Shown here: positions 51,771-64,000 of the stretch, piece by piece
How positions within the stretch are numbered: the stretch's first letter is position 1
How the letters are laid out: each line of letters opens with the position of its first letter
Source: Lama glama
Taxonomy: Eukaryota
Reading direction: 5' to 3'
Assembly: GCA_028534125.1 (NCBI GenBank)
Contig: CM052817.1
Span: forward strand, 22,694,001 to 22,758,000
Length of the DNA: 64,000 bases
Position numbers and translations under genes: made by a program
The notes under the pieces: generated by a model
Databases searched by the model: none
What the model saw: only the letters and a program-made list of their open reading frames with translations
What the model was told of the DNA's origin: nothing

Positions 51771-52254
51771 TTTTTTAGTAACATATCATAAATACGTTTC
51801 AAGTATTCAACGACTAAATTGTGTATTGAGCAATAGGGGTATAAGGGAAATGCTGTGGGCAGCTTACACCAAGTCCATGCTCCTTTCCATACTTTGTGTT
51901 GCTCCCAACAACTAAAAATATGTTTACTAACCAACTAACTAACTAGAACTAGCCCACTGCCCAAAGTAAATTTGGATTTATGGAAAAATCTAAATGACTT
52001 CATTATTTTAAATAAAAATAAAATAAAAATGGTATAGACTTAAAAACTAGCTCTTCCCTAGAGTACTGCATAGCCCTGAATTATTTGTTATAAATATTTT
52101 AAAAAGAAATAACTTTTAAAAGCCAACATGAATATTTAGAAGATACAACATCTCTCAAGGAAAATGGATAAATAGAACAATAATGAATTAAGAACTTAAT
52201 CAGCTTTAGTGCAGGAAATAAAGGAATTAATGACTAAATCTTACAGCTAGCTTT

Positions 52255-52710
52255 GGCCAACCCTGCTAGCTGTTGCCAGTATTGTCTTTCTCCCTTCTTC
52301 TTTAATAATAAAATAATTATTTTTAGCTGGGTATATGACAGTGCCACTTGCAATAGGGTTTGCATTTCCTGGCTTCTGTAACAGATTTGTGGGTATGTGA
52401 CTAGGTTCTGGACAACAGGATGAGGTAACCTGTGTGCAACTTCCATTAAACACCTTTAACAGGCAGATGAAAAACCCTCCTGCTGTTTGGAAAATGGATG
52501 TTGTGTCTAAGGCTTAAGAGGTTATTCTTGCCCAAAAGGCAGAGAATGAAAGTGTGATTACATACATCACAAAATCGGTCTCCTGTGATGGTGCAGTCGC
52601 TGTTACAACCTCGAAGCGCTCATGGCCCAGTGTCGTCTATGAGAGAGAAACTCATTGCTCTTTTCCTTTAGCCACTGTTACTTTAATTTTCTTACCTCTG
52701 AAACTAAAGA
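52255..52710 (+). mobile_element. MaLR LTR (MLT1J-like)
   Basis: tttttagctggg...catttcctggcttc...gtgactaggttctgg...tttagccactgtta. Confidence 0.7.
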
Positions 52711-53094
52711 ATCAAAACCGTTTAATAAAATGAAAGGGCAAGTGGGCCAAATTATAAATTAGACACGAAAATGAGATATTATTTATACATACAAAGAAAA
52801 AATTCAAAATATTACCAGAAAAAAAGTTTATCAGTAGGTTACTACTACACTTAAATATTTGCAAAAATTTCATTGTTTCCTAAAAGAAAAACAAAATGGG
52901 AATCTAAATTAACTAGTAATGATGATGATAATGATGATTGTAGTGCTAAAATGAATTCTAATAATAATAAAATTAAAGATATATTATTGTTAAATATGAA
53001 TTGTTTTAAAAAGTTCCATCACACTAAATGATGAAAATTACCAAAAACATATTATGAAGCAAAACCGTGTTTTCTTTAAGAATACTAACGTGAA

Positions 53095-53335
53095 TCATCA
53101 TCATCAATACGTATAATGTGTAGGGTCTCCTAGAGTGTTACTAAATAGCATTGCATTATTTAGTCCTTTGTAAACACTGTAAGGCATTTGTCTTTATTCT
53201 TATTTGATAATGGGACATTTTTGACTTAGAAATGTTAAAAGATTTATCCAAAGTCATAAAAGTGGAAATTGACATGGTCGTGATTAGAATCCTGTTTATC
53301 TGACTCTGAAACATAGATTCTTATCTACCACATGC
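53095..53335 (-). mobile_element. MIR
   Basis: gatttatccaaagtcata...gattagaatcctgtttatctgactctgaa. Confidence 0.6.
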
Positions 53336-53615
53336 ACTATTCCTCTCAAAGTTTTTCAAAATACTCTAATTTTTAGGAATGCTCATAGATGTTACTTGAG
53401 GGGAAAAAGTTCAGCAGCAAAAGTTTGGTAAGTAATGATTAATCAAAGTTAATTTTCTCTAGGCAAGTTTTCTTAGAATTATTAATATGCTAATATAATT
53501 CTGGACTTTTCAAGACATAGGCTATAATGTTACTGTTCTCAAACATATTTTGTTCATTAAATAGTTTTGAAAGTATATTTGGTAAACCTGCATAACTGAA
53601 TTTGGAGTGTTGCTA
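53336..53615 (+). mobile_element. MER103C-like hAT-Charlie element
   Basis: aagtttggtaagtaatgattaatcaaagtt...ttaatatgctaatat...ttctcaaacatattt. Confidence 0.6.
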
Positions 53616-54190
53616 TGGAACACTTACAGGCATCACCAGACAAGGCAGTAACTTTCACATATTAAATCAATAACCGTGTTCAGAAAAGGCTCTGCATGGA
53701 TTTTCCTTTCAAGGTCTTAGTCTTCAATTCTGGTTTCAGTTTATCCTCCTATGCTTATCCTTTTCCTGCAATCAATTTTCCAAACTTCAAAACTAGCTTT
53801 CTCCTATGTCTGTCTGTTAACTTTAGGAATGTAATCATTCAGATTATCCTTCTGCCTACAACATCGGTTCCTCTCAACAAAGGTTAGAATCCTAAAATAG
53901 TCTAATATACTAACACCTTGTTGAATTCTCTTTGTCTTCTATTTTGGTTAGGGGTTGGTTTGACTCTACAGAATAATATACAATATTGAAAATTTTATAT
54001 CTTTCTTTGTAATATATTTAGTTTATTATTTTTCTTATAATACTGCATAATGTTTGACATTTTGTGTCAAATTGTAGACTTGTCCCTTACGTTATTATTA
54101 TTAAAATAATTATTTCTATTATTATTATGAGATACATTGGATATATAAAAGGATATAAAATATACTAAGAACATCTATTGATAAAGCACT

Positions 54191-54257
54191 TTGTGCTCTA
54201 CACTGGAATTTGACACAACATTGTAAAATGATTATAAATCAGTAAAAAAGGTTAAAA
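54191..54257 (+). mobile_element. Extremely truncated young L1 3' end
   Basis: ttgtgctctacactggaatttgacacaacattgtaaaatgattataaatc is nearly identical to 34709-34777; imperfect TSD aaagcactttg / aaagcatcttg. Confidence 0.85.
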
Positions 54258-54671
54258 AAAGCATCTTGTTTAAGAAATAAAATATTATAAATATATAAAT
54301 ACAAATCTAGTTTTATAGAAGTTGATAAGGCTGTAGAGCACCACAGCAAGTTACTAGAGAAAATTCTGGGAAAACTTTAGATGTACTTTATAATCTATAG
54401 AGGTAAGGGCTGGCATAAAGATATGCAGTGGGACATGTAGGGAGAAAATACATTTTAAAATACTTTTGTCACCTTTGTAGATCAACTGCTTTCAAAAGAA
54501 TCTGCTCTGGGAGAATTAATGTTTATCTTCATCATCAATATTATATTCAAATACTTACTATCTGCTAAGCATTTTGCTAAGCTTAAATTGCCATAAATTG
54601 TCACTATTAATTTTCCAAATAGTCTTATGAAGCCAATACTGACATTTTGGCAATCACATAGAGAAACAGGC

Positions 54672-55124
54672 TGTGATGGTTACTTTTATATGTCAACGTG
54701 GCTACCCACTTTGCCTAGGTATTTGGTCAAATATTATTCTGGATGTTTCTACAAAGGTTTGTTGTTGTTGTTGTTGTTTTTGTTTTGAGATGTATATTTA
54801 AATTGGTGGACTTTGACTAAAGTAGATTACCCTCCATAGCGTGCGTGGGCCTCATCCAGTCAGTTGAAGGCTGGCAGACTGCCATTAGACTCTGACTGCA
54901 ATTCTTCCCTGGGTCTACAACCTGACAGCCTATCCTGCAGATTCAGGATTTACCAAGCCTCCATAATCCTGTGAGCCAATTCCTTAGAATCTCTCTCTCT
55001 CTCTCTCCTTCCCCCCCTCTCTCTCAAGATAAAGAAAGATGATATATAGATACACATACAGATGGGGATATAGCTAAATACATACCACGTCCTGTTCCGT
55101 TTCTCTGGAGAACCCTGACTTACA
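54672..55124 (+). mobile_element. ERVL LTR (MLT2B/D), inserted into a MIR
   Basis: tgtgatggttacttttatatgtcaac...gggcctcatccagtcagttgaaggc...tttctctggagaaccctgacttaca; MIR halves at about 54540-54670 and 55125-55200. Confidence 0.9.
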
Positions 55125-56249
55125 GGACTAAAAATTCCTTACTGAAGGACACATACCCAGTAAATCGTAGAACAAGATTTCAAATAAGGACTGTTCATAC
55201 TGTCTCTTAAGTAGTAATTCAGAAGATACACTTCCAAGGTTAGAGCCACAGAGTTCAAAAACTTTCAGGATGGGTAAGATAATTTTGTCTATACAATTGT
55301 TGGCCTGGTAGTTACAGTTCTGCCCTGTTCCACCAATCAGTATGCACCGGTGCGCTGTAATATTTTATTTAGAACTTCTACTTTAACCAGTGACAAATAT
55401 TCTTTCTGTATTTCTTAGGAAGTAAGTTAGAAAATAATACCGATTATTTACAAATGTTATCACTGTCAAAGGCACATGGATTTATTTGGTTATGAATATT
55501 ATTCATTTATAAAATAAGTCTAGAAAATTTAAATGGTTATGCAGAAGACTTTAAAACTTAAACCTTCAGCAGAACATGAGTGTATCTGAATTAGCAAACT
55601 GGAGATGGACAGTGAGACAACACAAGGCACAGATTTGCCAATATTACCTTACAACTGACCAATATATATAGTCCCCCTGTGATTCCACAATCATCCAGCA
55701 GTGTCCACTAAAGATTCAAAAGACTCAGAGCAGGCTCTGCTTTTACGTGGTTTACTCACTAGAGAGGGCTTGCCTCCAAATGAAGTTCATCACCTGTTTC
55801 AAAGCAGATCAAGATGGCCGAATTTCAGAGAGATGTCTTTCTGGCTTATCCACATGCTGGCTTCCTTCTTTCTGCCCATGTTCACTTCCATCTCCTCTTG
55901 GCGCTCTCTTCCCCCGTAATTATCATGTACTGGTTTCTGAACACTCCTACCTCCATTTTAATTTAATAATTTTCTCTTCGTGTTTTATATTTGAGATTCT
56001 TCTTCCAGGAGATAATAGGAATTGGAGTCCAGGTATTCATTCCAGCCCCCGGGAATTTTGGTTGATGCATCATTTTCCAAACATACTATTGAACTGTCTT
56101 TTTCTTTAATATTGCATGTGAACATCTTGCACACAATATATTATCTTCTTGCTGCACTGCATCTTTTTCTTGAAATTGGTAGTTTTTTAAGTAGTTGAAA
56201 GTCAGTGTGATCCATTCTGTTATTTTTTCAGCAAATATTTACACTGCTA

Positions 56250-56540
56250 TTGTCTTGCTCTGTGGAAAAAGTATGATTTCCTTCCCTGTTAATAATGGAT
56301 ACATTGCTTGCTTTAGCTAAAAGAATGTGACAGATGTGATAAACCTCGTGCTCTAGCAGATGACTTACATGTGCTGGGGGAGTTGCCTTGGACACCCCCA
56401 ACCCTGTCATCCACCACAAAACATCCTGTGTGCCAGGATGACCTGTGGGAAACACTGCAACTGACCTACCGAGCCAGAAATAAAGGTTTGTTGTTGGAAG
56501 TGACTGAGATATTAAAGTTGTTTTTAATATAGCACTAGTA
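56250..56540 (+). mobile_element. MaLR LTR (MLT1-type)
   Basis: ttgctttagctaaaagaatgtg...gaaataaaggtttgttgttggaagtgactgagat. Confidence 0.6.
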
Positions 56541-56859
56541 TCATAAAGTATAAGAGGTTCAGACATCCTGGGTTTGATTCTCAGCAACGCTTATTATTGC
56601 CGTGTGAACATCAAGTGAATTAATGAAAAGCTCTTTGAACAAGAAACTTCTGGTGAAAAGAACTCATGTCAATGAGTGGGTATCAAGCACACCATGTGGG
56701 ATATGGCTTTTTATTCTTGAATGTCATCTTTGCTTTTTTCCAGTGTAACACTAAGCTTTGCTTTCTATGCAGGCAGATAATTCATTATTTAAGCATTTTT
56801 ATCTCTTCAGATACTGCCCTCCCTTCAAACATTATTCATGATCCAAACATTCTGAAGTA

Positions 56860-57150
56860 CTTCTAGTTTACCATTTCTTTCCCATGTTTCTTTACTATGG
56901 AAATCCCAATCTTAATTTCTGATCATCCTCATCAAGCTACTTCTTCCTGACATTCATAATGCACCTGAAATAGCAACTCCTTGGGGGAGGATTTTGGGGC
57001 CTCTACTTAAATAGATACCCTGCGCCAACAAATCATTTTTACATCATTTTTCTTTCTCTCTTAATTGGCCAATAACTCCTAGAGATGAGAAGTAATGGCA
57101 TATTTCACTGCGTAGCTGCCACATTGTAAGTGCTCAATAAATATGGATAT
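56860..57150 (+). mobile_element. L2 3' end
   Basis: cacattgtaagtgctcaataaatatg. Confidence 0.5.
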
Positions 57151-58826
57151 ATGACTGCTGTTTCTCTGCTCTCTGATAATCTCTAATTTTTGTGTCTTTT
57201 GATTCTAGACAGATTTTTCCATTTATGAAGCTGAAGTAGATGCTTATGTGTCCGACTGAGCTATCATATGTAACATATTTTTATTTAATTTCATGAAAGT
57301 ATTTCAGGCAAAAAAAAAATCCAACCAACTAAAATACTGGGCTAGGGGAATTAAAGAAATATGATGATATACTCATATGGAGAAATAGGTTGATTCATTT
57401 ACAGACTGAATATTATAATTATTGTTAAATCCCTGGAAGTCACAGAATAAATGGAAACAAGATATGGGTCTAATTAGAGAATGAAAGGAAAAAAATTATA
57501 TACTTATAAAAAGAACAATTTTTTTGATGGTAGTTTCAAACAAGTTTTCATACTGCATATAGAACTAAAACATAGGTATAATTCTCAGAAGAGATTGTGA
57601 GAAAATAATAATAGGTTTTATTTGGTCTTTTCTTACTTAAGTCCTTAACAAAAGCCAAAAATATGATATAAAGATTAACTGTAGTTCTCACTTCCACTGT
57701 CTATGATTCCTAGAGACTAGGATTTATGCTTTTTTCATTTTAGTTTCCCTCAAGCCAGGTATTGTCCCACATCATATAAGAAACAAATTTAACTAAAACC
57801 CTTCGGCCCTTTTACTCTTTTGTTAATAGTTAAGTGAATACGATTTAGCTATAAAATTTCATGATTTACACATATTGGTAAAATTTATATAAAACATGTT
57901 ATATATGTTACATAATACATTATACTACAATATATACTTAAAAAATCTCACATATATAGTTACGTTTTCCCTTTTATAATTTTTTCCATTTTATCTTTTA
58001 TTGCTCTGGAGTGAAGATATTTTAAGTTTTTACATTTTTTATTAAAGAGTTCCCCTATATTTTAAACAATAGGAATGCACATCACAAACTTGAGATTATA
58101 CAATTAAAGTAATAATAAATTTTTCATTTCATTCATTGCATTCAATTTTTCAAGAAACCCACATTTTCTATAAGTTTTGGCAGAAATTTATTGCTAGTCC
58201 AAATTTCAAAATTTTTGTAATAATTAGGTAAATTGCTGTTAAAGTATATAAGGAATATTTTAAATGCTATCATATGGAATTTTTAAATGAATGAGATTAA
58301 CACTCACAGTATTAAAGTGATATAAATGAAATTCCATATTAAAAGTTAGAAAATTTAAATTTTGAGTCATTTGCCAGGGGCTATAGAAAACATTTTTCTG
58401 GCATTAACCATGATCAGTGTGTTTAACACATCCTAACCACTCTCAAGAATTTATTGTCAAATAACCTGATAAGCAAATTATCACAGCATTTGAACAGGAT
58501 GTAATGCTCTTTCTAGGTCTCTCAGAAAATAAGTCCAGGGATAGTTCATAAGGAAAGTAAGTCATTTAAAGGTTTTTGCAATTGTTATCTTTCATGTCAC
58601 ATTAAAGAGAAAGTACTTAAAAAGTACTTACTATTTAGCATGTTTTGGAATGCTCTAAGACTAGGGGAAGTGTAAAAGTTTTTCAAGTTTATACATTAAT
58701 AATGTCCTTATAAAATTATCATTCATTTAATATAGCTGTTCATTTACCTTTGTCAGAGAGGAAATAAAACTTTCCACTACCCTTCCAGGTTCTTCTGGTT
58801 AGTGTAAAAATTAAACTGACATGACA

Positions 58827-59911
58827 CTATATGCAGTTAACATGATATTCTATATAAAAAACCCTAAGGGCTCTACACAAAACCTACTCAAACTGATAAA
58901 TGAATTTAGCAAAGCAGCAGGACACAAGATTAATACACAGAACTGTGTTGCATTTCTTTACACTAACAATGAAATACCAGAAAGATAAAGTAAAAAAAAA
59001 CAAATCACATTTAAAATCCACCAAAAAAAAAAATACCTAGGAATAAACCTAACCTAGGAGGTGAAAGACTTATACACAGAGGGCTACAAAACATTGATAA
59101 AGGAACTTGAAGATAATTCAAGGAAATGGAAAGCTATCTCATGCTCTTGGATTGAAATAATTAATATTGTTAAAATGGCCACAATACCCAAAGCAATTTA
59201 GATTTGATGAGGTCCTTACCAAATTACCCAGAACATTTTTCACAGAACTAGAACAAATAATCCTAAAATTTATATGGAACCACAAAAGACTGAGAATTTC
59301 CAAAGCAATCCCAAGGAAAAAGAACAAAGCTGGAGGCATAACCCTTTCAGACGTCAGACAATACTGTAAAGCTACAGTAATCAAAACAGCATGACATTGG
59401 CACAAAAACAGACATACAGATCAATGGAACCGAATAGATAGCCCAGAAATAAACCCATACATCTACTGTAAATTAATCTTTGACAAAAGAGGCAAGAATA
59501 TACAATGAAGAAAAGACAGTCTCTTCACCAAGTAGTGTTAAGAAAGCTGGACAGCTGCATGTAAATCAGTGAAGAACACTTCCTCACACAAAATACAAAA
59601 AGAAACTCAAAATAGTGTAAAGACTTAAATGTAAGATATGACACCATAAAACTCCTAGAAGAGAATATATGCAAAACATTCTCTGACATAAATTGTAGCA
59701 ATACTTTCTTAAATCAGTCTCCAAGGCAATAGAAATAAAAGCCAAAATAAACAAATGGGACCTAATCAAGCATATAAGTTTATGCACAGCAAAGGAAACC
59801 ATAAACAAAACAAAAAGACAACCTATAGATTGGCATAAAATATTTGCAAATAATGCAACTGACAAGAACTTAATTTCCAAAATATACAAATAGCTCATAC
59901 AACTCAATATC

Positions 59912-59950
<39 letters not shown>

Positions 59951-60670
59951 CTCAAGCAAAAAAATGGGTAGAAAACCTAAATAGACATTTCTTCAAAGAA
60001 GACATCCAGATGCCAATAGGCATATGAAAAGATGCTCAACGTTGCTAATTATTAGAGAAATGCAAATCAAAACCAGTGAGGTATCACTTCATACTGATCA
60101 GAATGGCCATCATCAAAAAATCCACAAATAAAAAATGCTGGAGAGGGTATGGGGAAAGAGAACCCTGTTACACTGTTGGGGAGAATGTAAATAGACAGCC
60201 ACTATGGAAAAGAGGATGGAAGTTAAAAAACTAAAAATAAGAGCTACCATATGATCCAGCAATCTCACTCCTGGGCATATATCCAGAAAAGATGAAAACT
60301 CTAATTGGAAAAGATACAGGCACTCCAGATGTTCATAGCAGCACTATTTACAATAGCCAGGAAATGGAAGCAATCCAAGTATCCATCAACAGATGAACAG
60401 ATAAAGAAAATGTGGTATATGTATGCAGTGGAATATTACTCAGCCATAAAAAATACTGAAGTATTGCCATCTGCAGCAACATGAATGGACCTAGAGATTA
60501 TCATACCAAGGGAGGTCAGTCAGACAAAGACAAATATTACATGGTATCACTTATATGTAGAATCTAAAAAAAGAAAAATATGTGTATATAAAACATCAAA
60601 TCACCTTTCTGTACATCTGAAATTAACACAATATTGTAAATCAACTATACTTCAACAACAAAAAATTAAA
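58827..60670 (+). mobile_element. 5'-truncated L1 (RT to 3'UTR)
   Basis: Starts at the FADD-like RT motif; ORF 59167-59394 ([18 protein letters not shown]...KAGGITL); degenerate TSD attaaactgacatgaca (58810) / attaaattgacataagaca (60717). Confidence 0.95.
59912..59949. repeat. (AAT)12 microsatellite within L1
   Basis: Read directly; source of the poly-Leu ORF 59584-59955. Confidence 0.95.
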
Positions 60671-62073
60671 AATACAAGTACTTTATTGCTAAAAAATGCT
60701 AATCATAAAATAAAGGATTAAATTGACATAAGACAGAGTAACAGAAAAAAAATCAAAATTAATTTTATATGTACAAGAAGCCCACATACATGGGACACCA
60801 GAAACCCCATATACATGAGAGATTCAAAAATACAAAGGTAAAATGAGGTATATATGCCATCCTGAACTAAAGAATTGGGTAGGGGACTGGGGCTTCCAAG
60901 GACAAAAGAGTCATTCACAGGATGATTGGAAGAAGAGCAAATGTTTGATAATTACATATATGCCTTACCATATAGATGGAGCCACCTAGGTAAAATTTAT
61001 CTGTGGTAACAACTCTTTTTCTGGGAAAAATGCTCAATTTAAATTCTTCTAGGTAGTTAAGGGAGTTGGCAGCTGTTTCTCTTGAGCCGCCAGGGTCTCC
61101 ATTGCCTTCAGCTCAAAATATTCCATATGTCAAAGCAACACATCCTGGGGAGACCTGCTGTGAACCCCTATACCTCCCATGGTTGTGCAGGTCTGATCAT
61201 CAAAATGAGGAGCATAGCGTATCTTTAGGGTCAGGCTGTTTTCTACTGCTCCAGTAAGTCAGTGGAGGGCATGTAACTGATGAGAAAGCCAGCTGCAGAG
61301 ACTTGACATGAGAGCAGACAAGCCAAGTGTCTGTGATTCAAGGGGAAATTGGTTGAGGGCTAAGAAACTCATTAGGAATTCATGGATACGTTGACTAGTC
61401 AAATTCCTCAAATCGTGTGTATATATATATACAAATTACAATAAAAGAAGTTATAATAAAATACTGCCATATTTGAAAGTCTGGAAGTAAAATTATGAAA
61501 CTAGAGAACAGAGGTCTTTGTTTGAAATCAATTATCACCTAAACAGTCGACGATTCTAATATAAGGGGAATGAATTAGCAGAATCTACATGTTAAGATAA
61601 TTCTTCTGAAGCTCTATATTTATATTTAGCAAACATATTTGATCACTCAACTGATCATTTATTCACTGAATGCTGATATTTTGTATCTGATAAAAACAGG
61701 TATCAAATATAAATCAAACATAGTCTCACGCATAAAACCCAGTCAGGATAGAAATATTATCCAGCAACAAAATCAACTATATTGCAAAGTTAAAAGGGAT
61801 ACATCAAACAATACATTTATTCAAACCTACTATGGGGGTTTAGGAGGAATAGACATATTTAATTCTATGGAAGTCAGTTATCAACGGAATTCCAGTAACA
61901 TGTCTGTGCATTCAGTCTTACTTCACAGATTAAGACAATAGGATTTACAATCTACGAATGTTGTTCTGGAAACAGATTGGAAGACCTATATATAGAGCAA
62001 GCATGAGTTTCTGTTGATGTGACTGATGGAGACATTCTTTTTAGGCATGGGCAAAACTTAGCTAATAATTGCC

Positions 62074-63745
62074 TGTTGTGGAATGAATCACGTCCTTCCA
62101 AAATTCATGTGTTGAAGCCCCAGTGCTCAATGAGACCATATCTTTAAAGAGATAATTAAAGTCAAAGTTTTAAGGGTTGGGTCCTAATCCAACAGGACTG
62201 GAGTTCTTATAAAAAGAGGAGGCTACTAGACAGCTCTCGCGATCACCTTCAGCTTAGCCTGTCCACCCAAGGATGGCAAAATGCAGCAAGGGTCCCAGGA
62301 GAGGAGGCCAGGATCCCTTGCCTGAGTCTAGACCTCTCTTCTCCCCTGCCCCCTGCCCTCTCCCCCATCTTCCATATGATTCCCGCCAGAGTCAGTGTTT
62401 CTAATCTGAGGATGGCTCTGCAGAGCAGTCTCTGCAAAGGGTCTTGGTCATTTGGAAGGAGGCACAGTGTCCCCTCTGGCCAGAGGTGTCAGAAAAGGAA
62501 GACTGAGGTCTTCTTGTTTTGTTTTTAATGTATTTGCTTGTTTACTGTAAATAATAGAAAGCCTTAATATCTTTTCTGCAACACTGAATAATATTTTAAT
62601 GTAATTTTGTTGCTATTATTGTTTTTTGAGTTTGAGACCGAGTACAGACACCTTTTAGATAAATACATTTTTGAGAAATGTTCCACAGGAGAAGTTTAGA
62701 ACTTCAGTAGTTTTTTTGGGTGTGTGTGTCAGAGGAGCATCAGAAAGTTTTTCTTTGCAAGACTTACTCTTAAAAGCTCAGAATCCTTGTTTTCCCTCTG
62801 GCCTTTTAAACATAATAAGGATACGAGGATCCTCATGGAAAGGAGCATTCTCCTTGTCAAGGCTCCCTGACGATTTGCCCTGGGCTGGGATTGCTCAGTT
62901 GAGGAATATTCAGGAAGGTTCTGAAGACCTCAGTGCTCCAGCACAGTGGGTAAAGGATGAGGTGTCTTTGGGAAGCTGATTTAGATGCTTAGAAGTGTCC
63001 TCCTCAGAGTGTTACCCAAAAGGGAAATGGAAAAGACCCCAATTCTTGTCCTACCCGAAAAATAAGATTTACAGATGGGAGACAGAGAGTGCTGTGTAGC
63101 AAAATGATTTTAAAAGATCTGTTTAGGAAAAAACAGCACACCCCAAGAGTGGGAGGCTGATTCAAGGAGGAATCGTGGTGTTGTCTCCCCTTCCTCTTAT
63201 CAGTCATTTTGATTGATTGATGGTTCTTGTCCCTGGAGCGCTTAGTCATGTTTAATCTCTTTAAGCATGTCCTTACTCATGGTGACAGAGAGAAACCCAT
63301 GGCAGGGGAGGTGTGCCTAAACCACAATGTTAATCATAATACACGGTTAAATCCTTTCTGTTACTGCGCAGTCATTGAGTCTTAACCGATTTCTTGCTGG
63401 CACTCATTTAGAAGAAGTAAAGCTCGTTTACACTGAAGGCAGGCATAACGCCATCTTCCGGACCATCTTCCCTCTCCTCCACCTAACTGCCTGGTGCCCT
63501 GACTTTAACTACCTAACAAAAGCAGCTCCGTCTTCCCTCCCAGGGGTGCACAGGCACTGGAGAAAGGCCATGAAAGGACAGAGTCAGAAGGCAGCCATCT
63601 GCAAGCCAAGGACAGAGACCCCAGAAGAAACCAAACCTCCCCACACCTTATCTTGCCCCTCCAGTCTCCAAAATCTCGAGACCATGAATTCATATCGTTC
63701 AAGCCACCTAATCTTTTGCTATGACAGTGCTGACAGACAAATACA
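62074..63745 (+). mobile_element. MaLR LTR (MLT1A/A0), split by a 1.3-kb insert
   Basis: 5' half 62074-62238 (tgttgtggaatgaat...ccaaaattcatgtgttgaagcc...gtcctaatccaacaggactgg); 3' half about 63525-63745 (aaggcagccatctgcaagccaagg...aagccacc...gacaaataca). Confidence 0.85.
63010..63518 (-). mobile_element. Solo LTR, probably ERV1 class, family unassigned
   Basis: TG...CA termini with tgtta/taaca inverted ends, about 509 bp, imperfect 4-bp TSD agag/aaag, YY1-like cgccatctt motif. Confidence 0.65.
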
Positions 63746-64000
63746 CTGCTCTAATATTTCTGTGCCATTTAAATAAATAACAAGAAGAAACTGTAGTGAA
63801 ACAAGAGTAAAAGAATAAAATGATGTGAAGATAATTTACTAAAAAGAATAAAGCTAAACAAATGTAACCAAGATTTTTCAACCAAATTTCTTAGAACCAC
63901 ACTTTGAATAGTTTAATAAATTTAAACAGCTAAAATTTGTTAAATAAAGTTTTGGCATCTATCAGAAGAGATCTGAGGCTTATTCCAGTGAGAACGGATG

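Larger units (their letters stand above)
58751..61172 (-). mobile_element. ERV1 solo LTR (MER34-like), split by L1
   Basis: Left piece 58751-58826 (tgtcagagaggaaataaaactttccactaccctt), right piece 60717-61172 (ttgccttcagctcaaaatattccatatgtcaaag...gtgaaccccta). Confidence 0.75.

Noticed and set aside
3386..58630. Scattered 10-16 bp tandem micro-duplications (near 3387, 6363, 43189, 49761, 51375, 58610)
   Set aside because: Ordinary replication-slippage products with no shared unit or spacing.
59584..59955. Signal-peptide-like poly-Leu ORF
   Set aside because: It is the antisense translation of an (AAT)n tract inside an L1.
1..64000. ORF-track entries as protein-coding genes
   Set aside because: All are under 150 aa. 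They are L1 or Tigger1 fragments, antisense translations of repeats, or low-complexity chance ORFs, and none resembles a cellular protein I recognise.
1..64000. Prokaryote-type systems (CRISPR arrays, operons, defence islands)
   Set aside because: The sequence is mammalian repeat-rich DNA with no regularly spaced direct repeats and no gene-dense tracts.

Overview
AT-rich, CpG-poor mammalian intronic or intergenic DNA, most likely camelid (alpaca/llama/camel). That call rests on two tRNA-derived vic-1-type SINEs and on L1 3' ends of the camelid/cetartiodactyl type. I recognise no intact protein-coding gene, and the ORF track is explained by decayed transposon ORFs (L1 ORF1/ORF2, Tigger1 transposase) and chance ORFs. 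Much of the window is interspersed repeats: L1, L2, MIR, CR1/L3, MaLR/ERVL/ERV1 LTRs, a fossil ERVL internal region, a near-full-length Tigger1 and hAT MITEs, many of them nested. The items most worth following up are: (1) a pair of candidate minus-strand exons at 24944-24990 and 23749-23914, the second with a Kozak-type ATG; (2) about 770 bp of unexplained, 3'UTR-like sequence sitting inside a split MLT1A LTR at 62.2-63.5 kb; (3) a Tigger1-derived MITE inserted in inverted orientation into a Tigger1; (4) an L1 carrying a Tigger1-derived tail; (5) a twin-primed L1 with a perfect TSD; (6) an unusually well-preserved CR1 RT motif. I found no convincing new biological system. Repeat family names come from recalled consensus sequences, not from a database search, and boundaries without a TSD are approximate.
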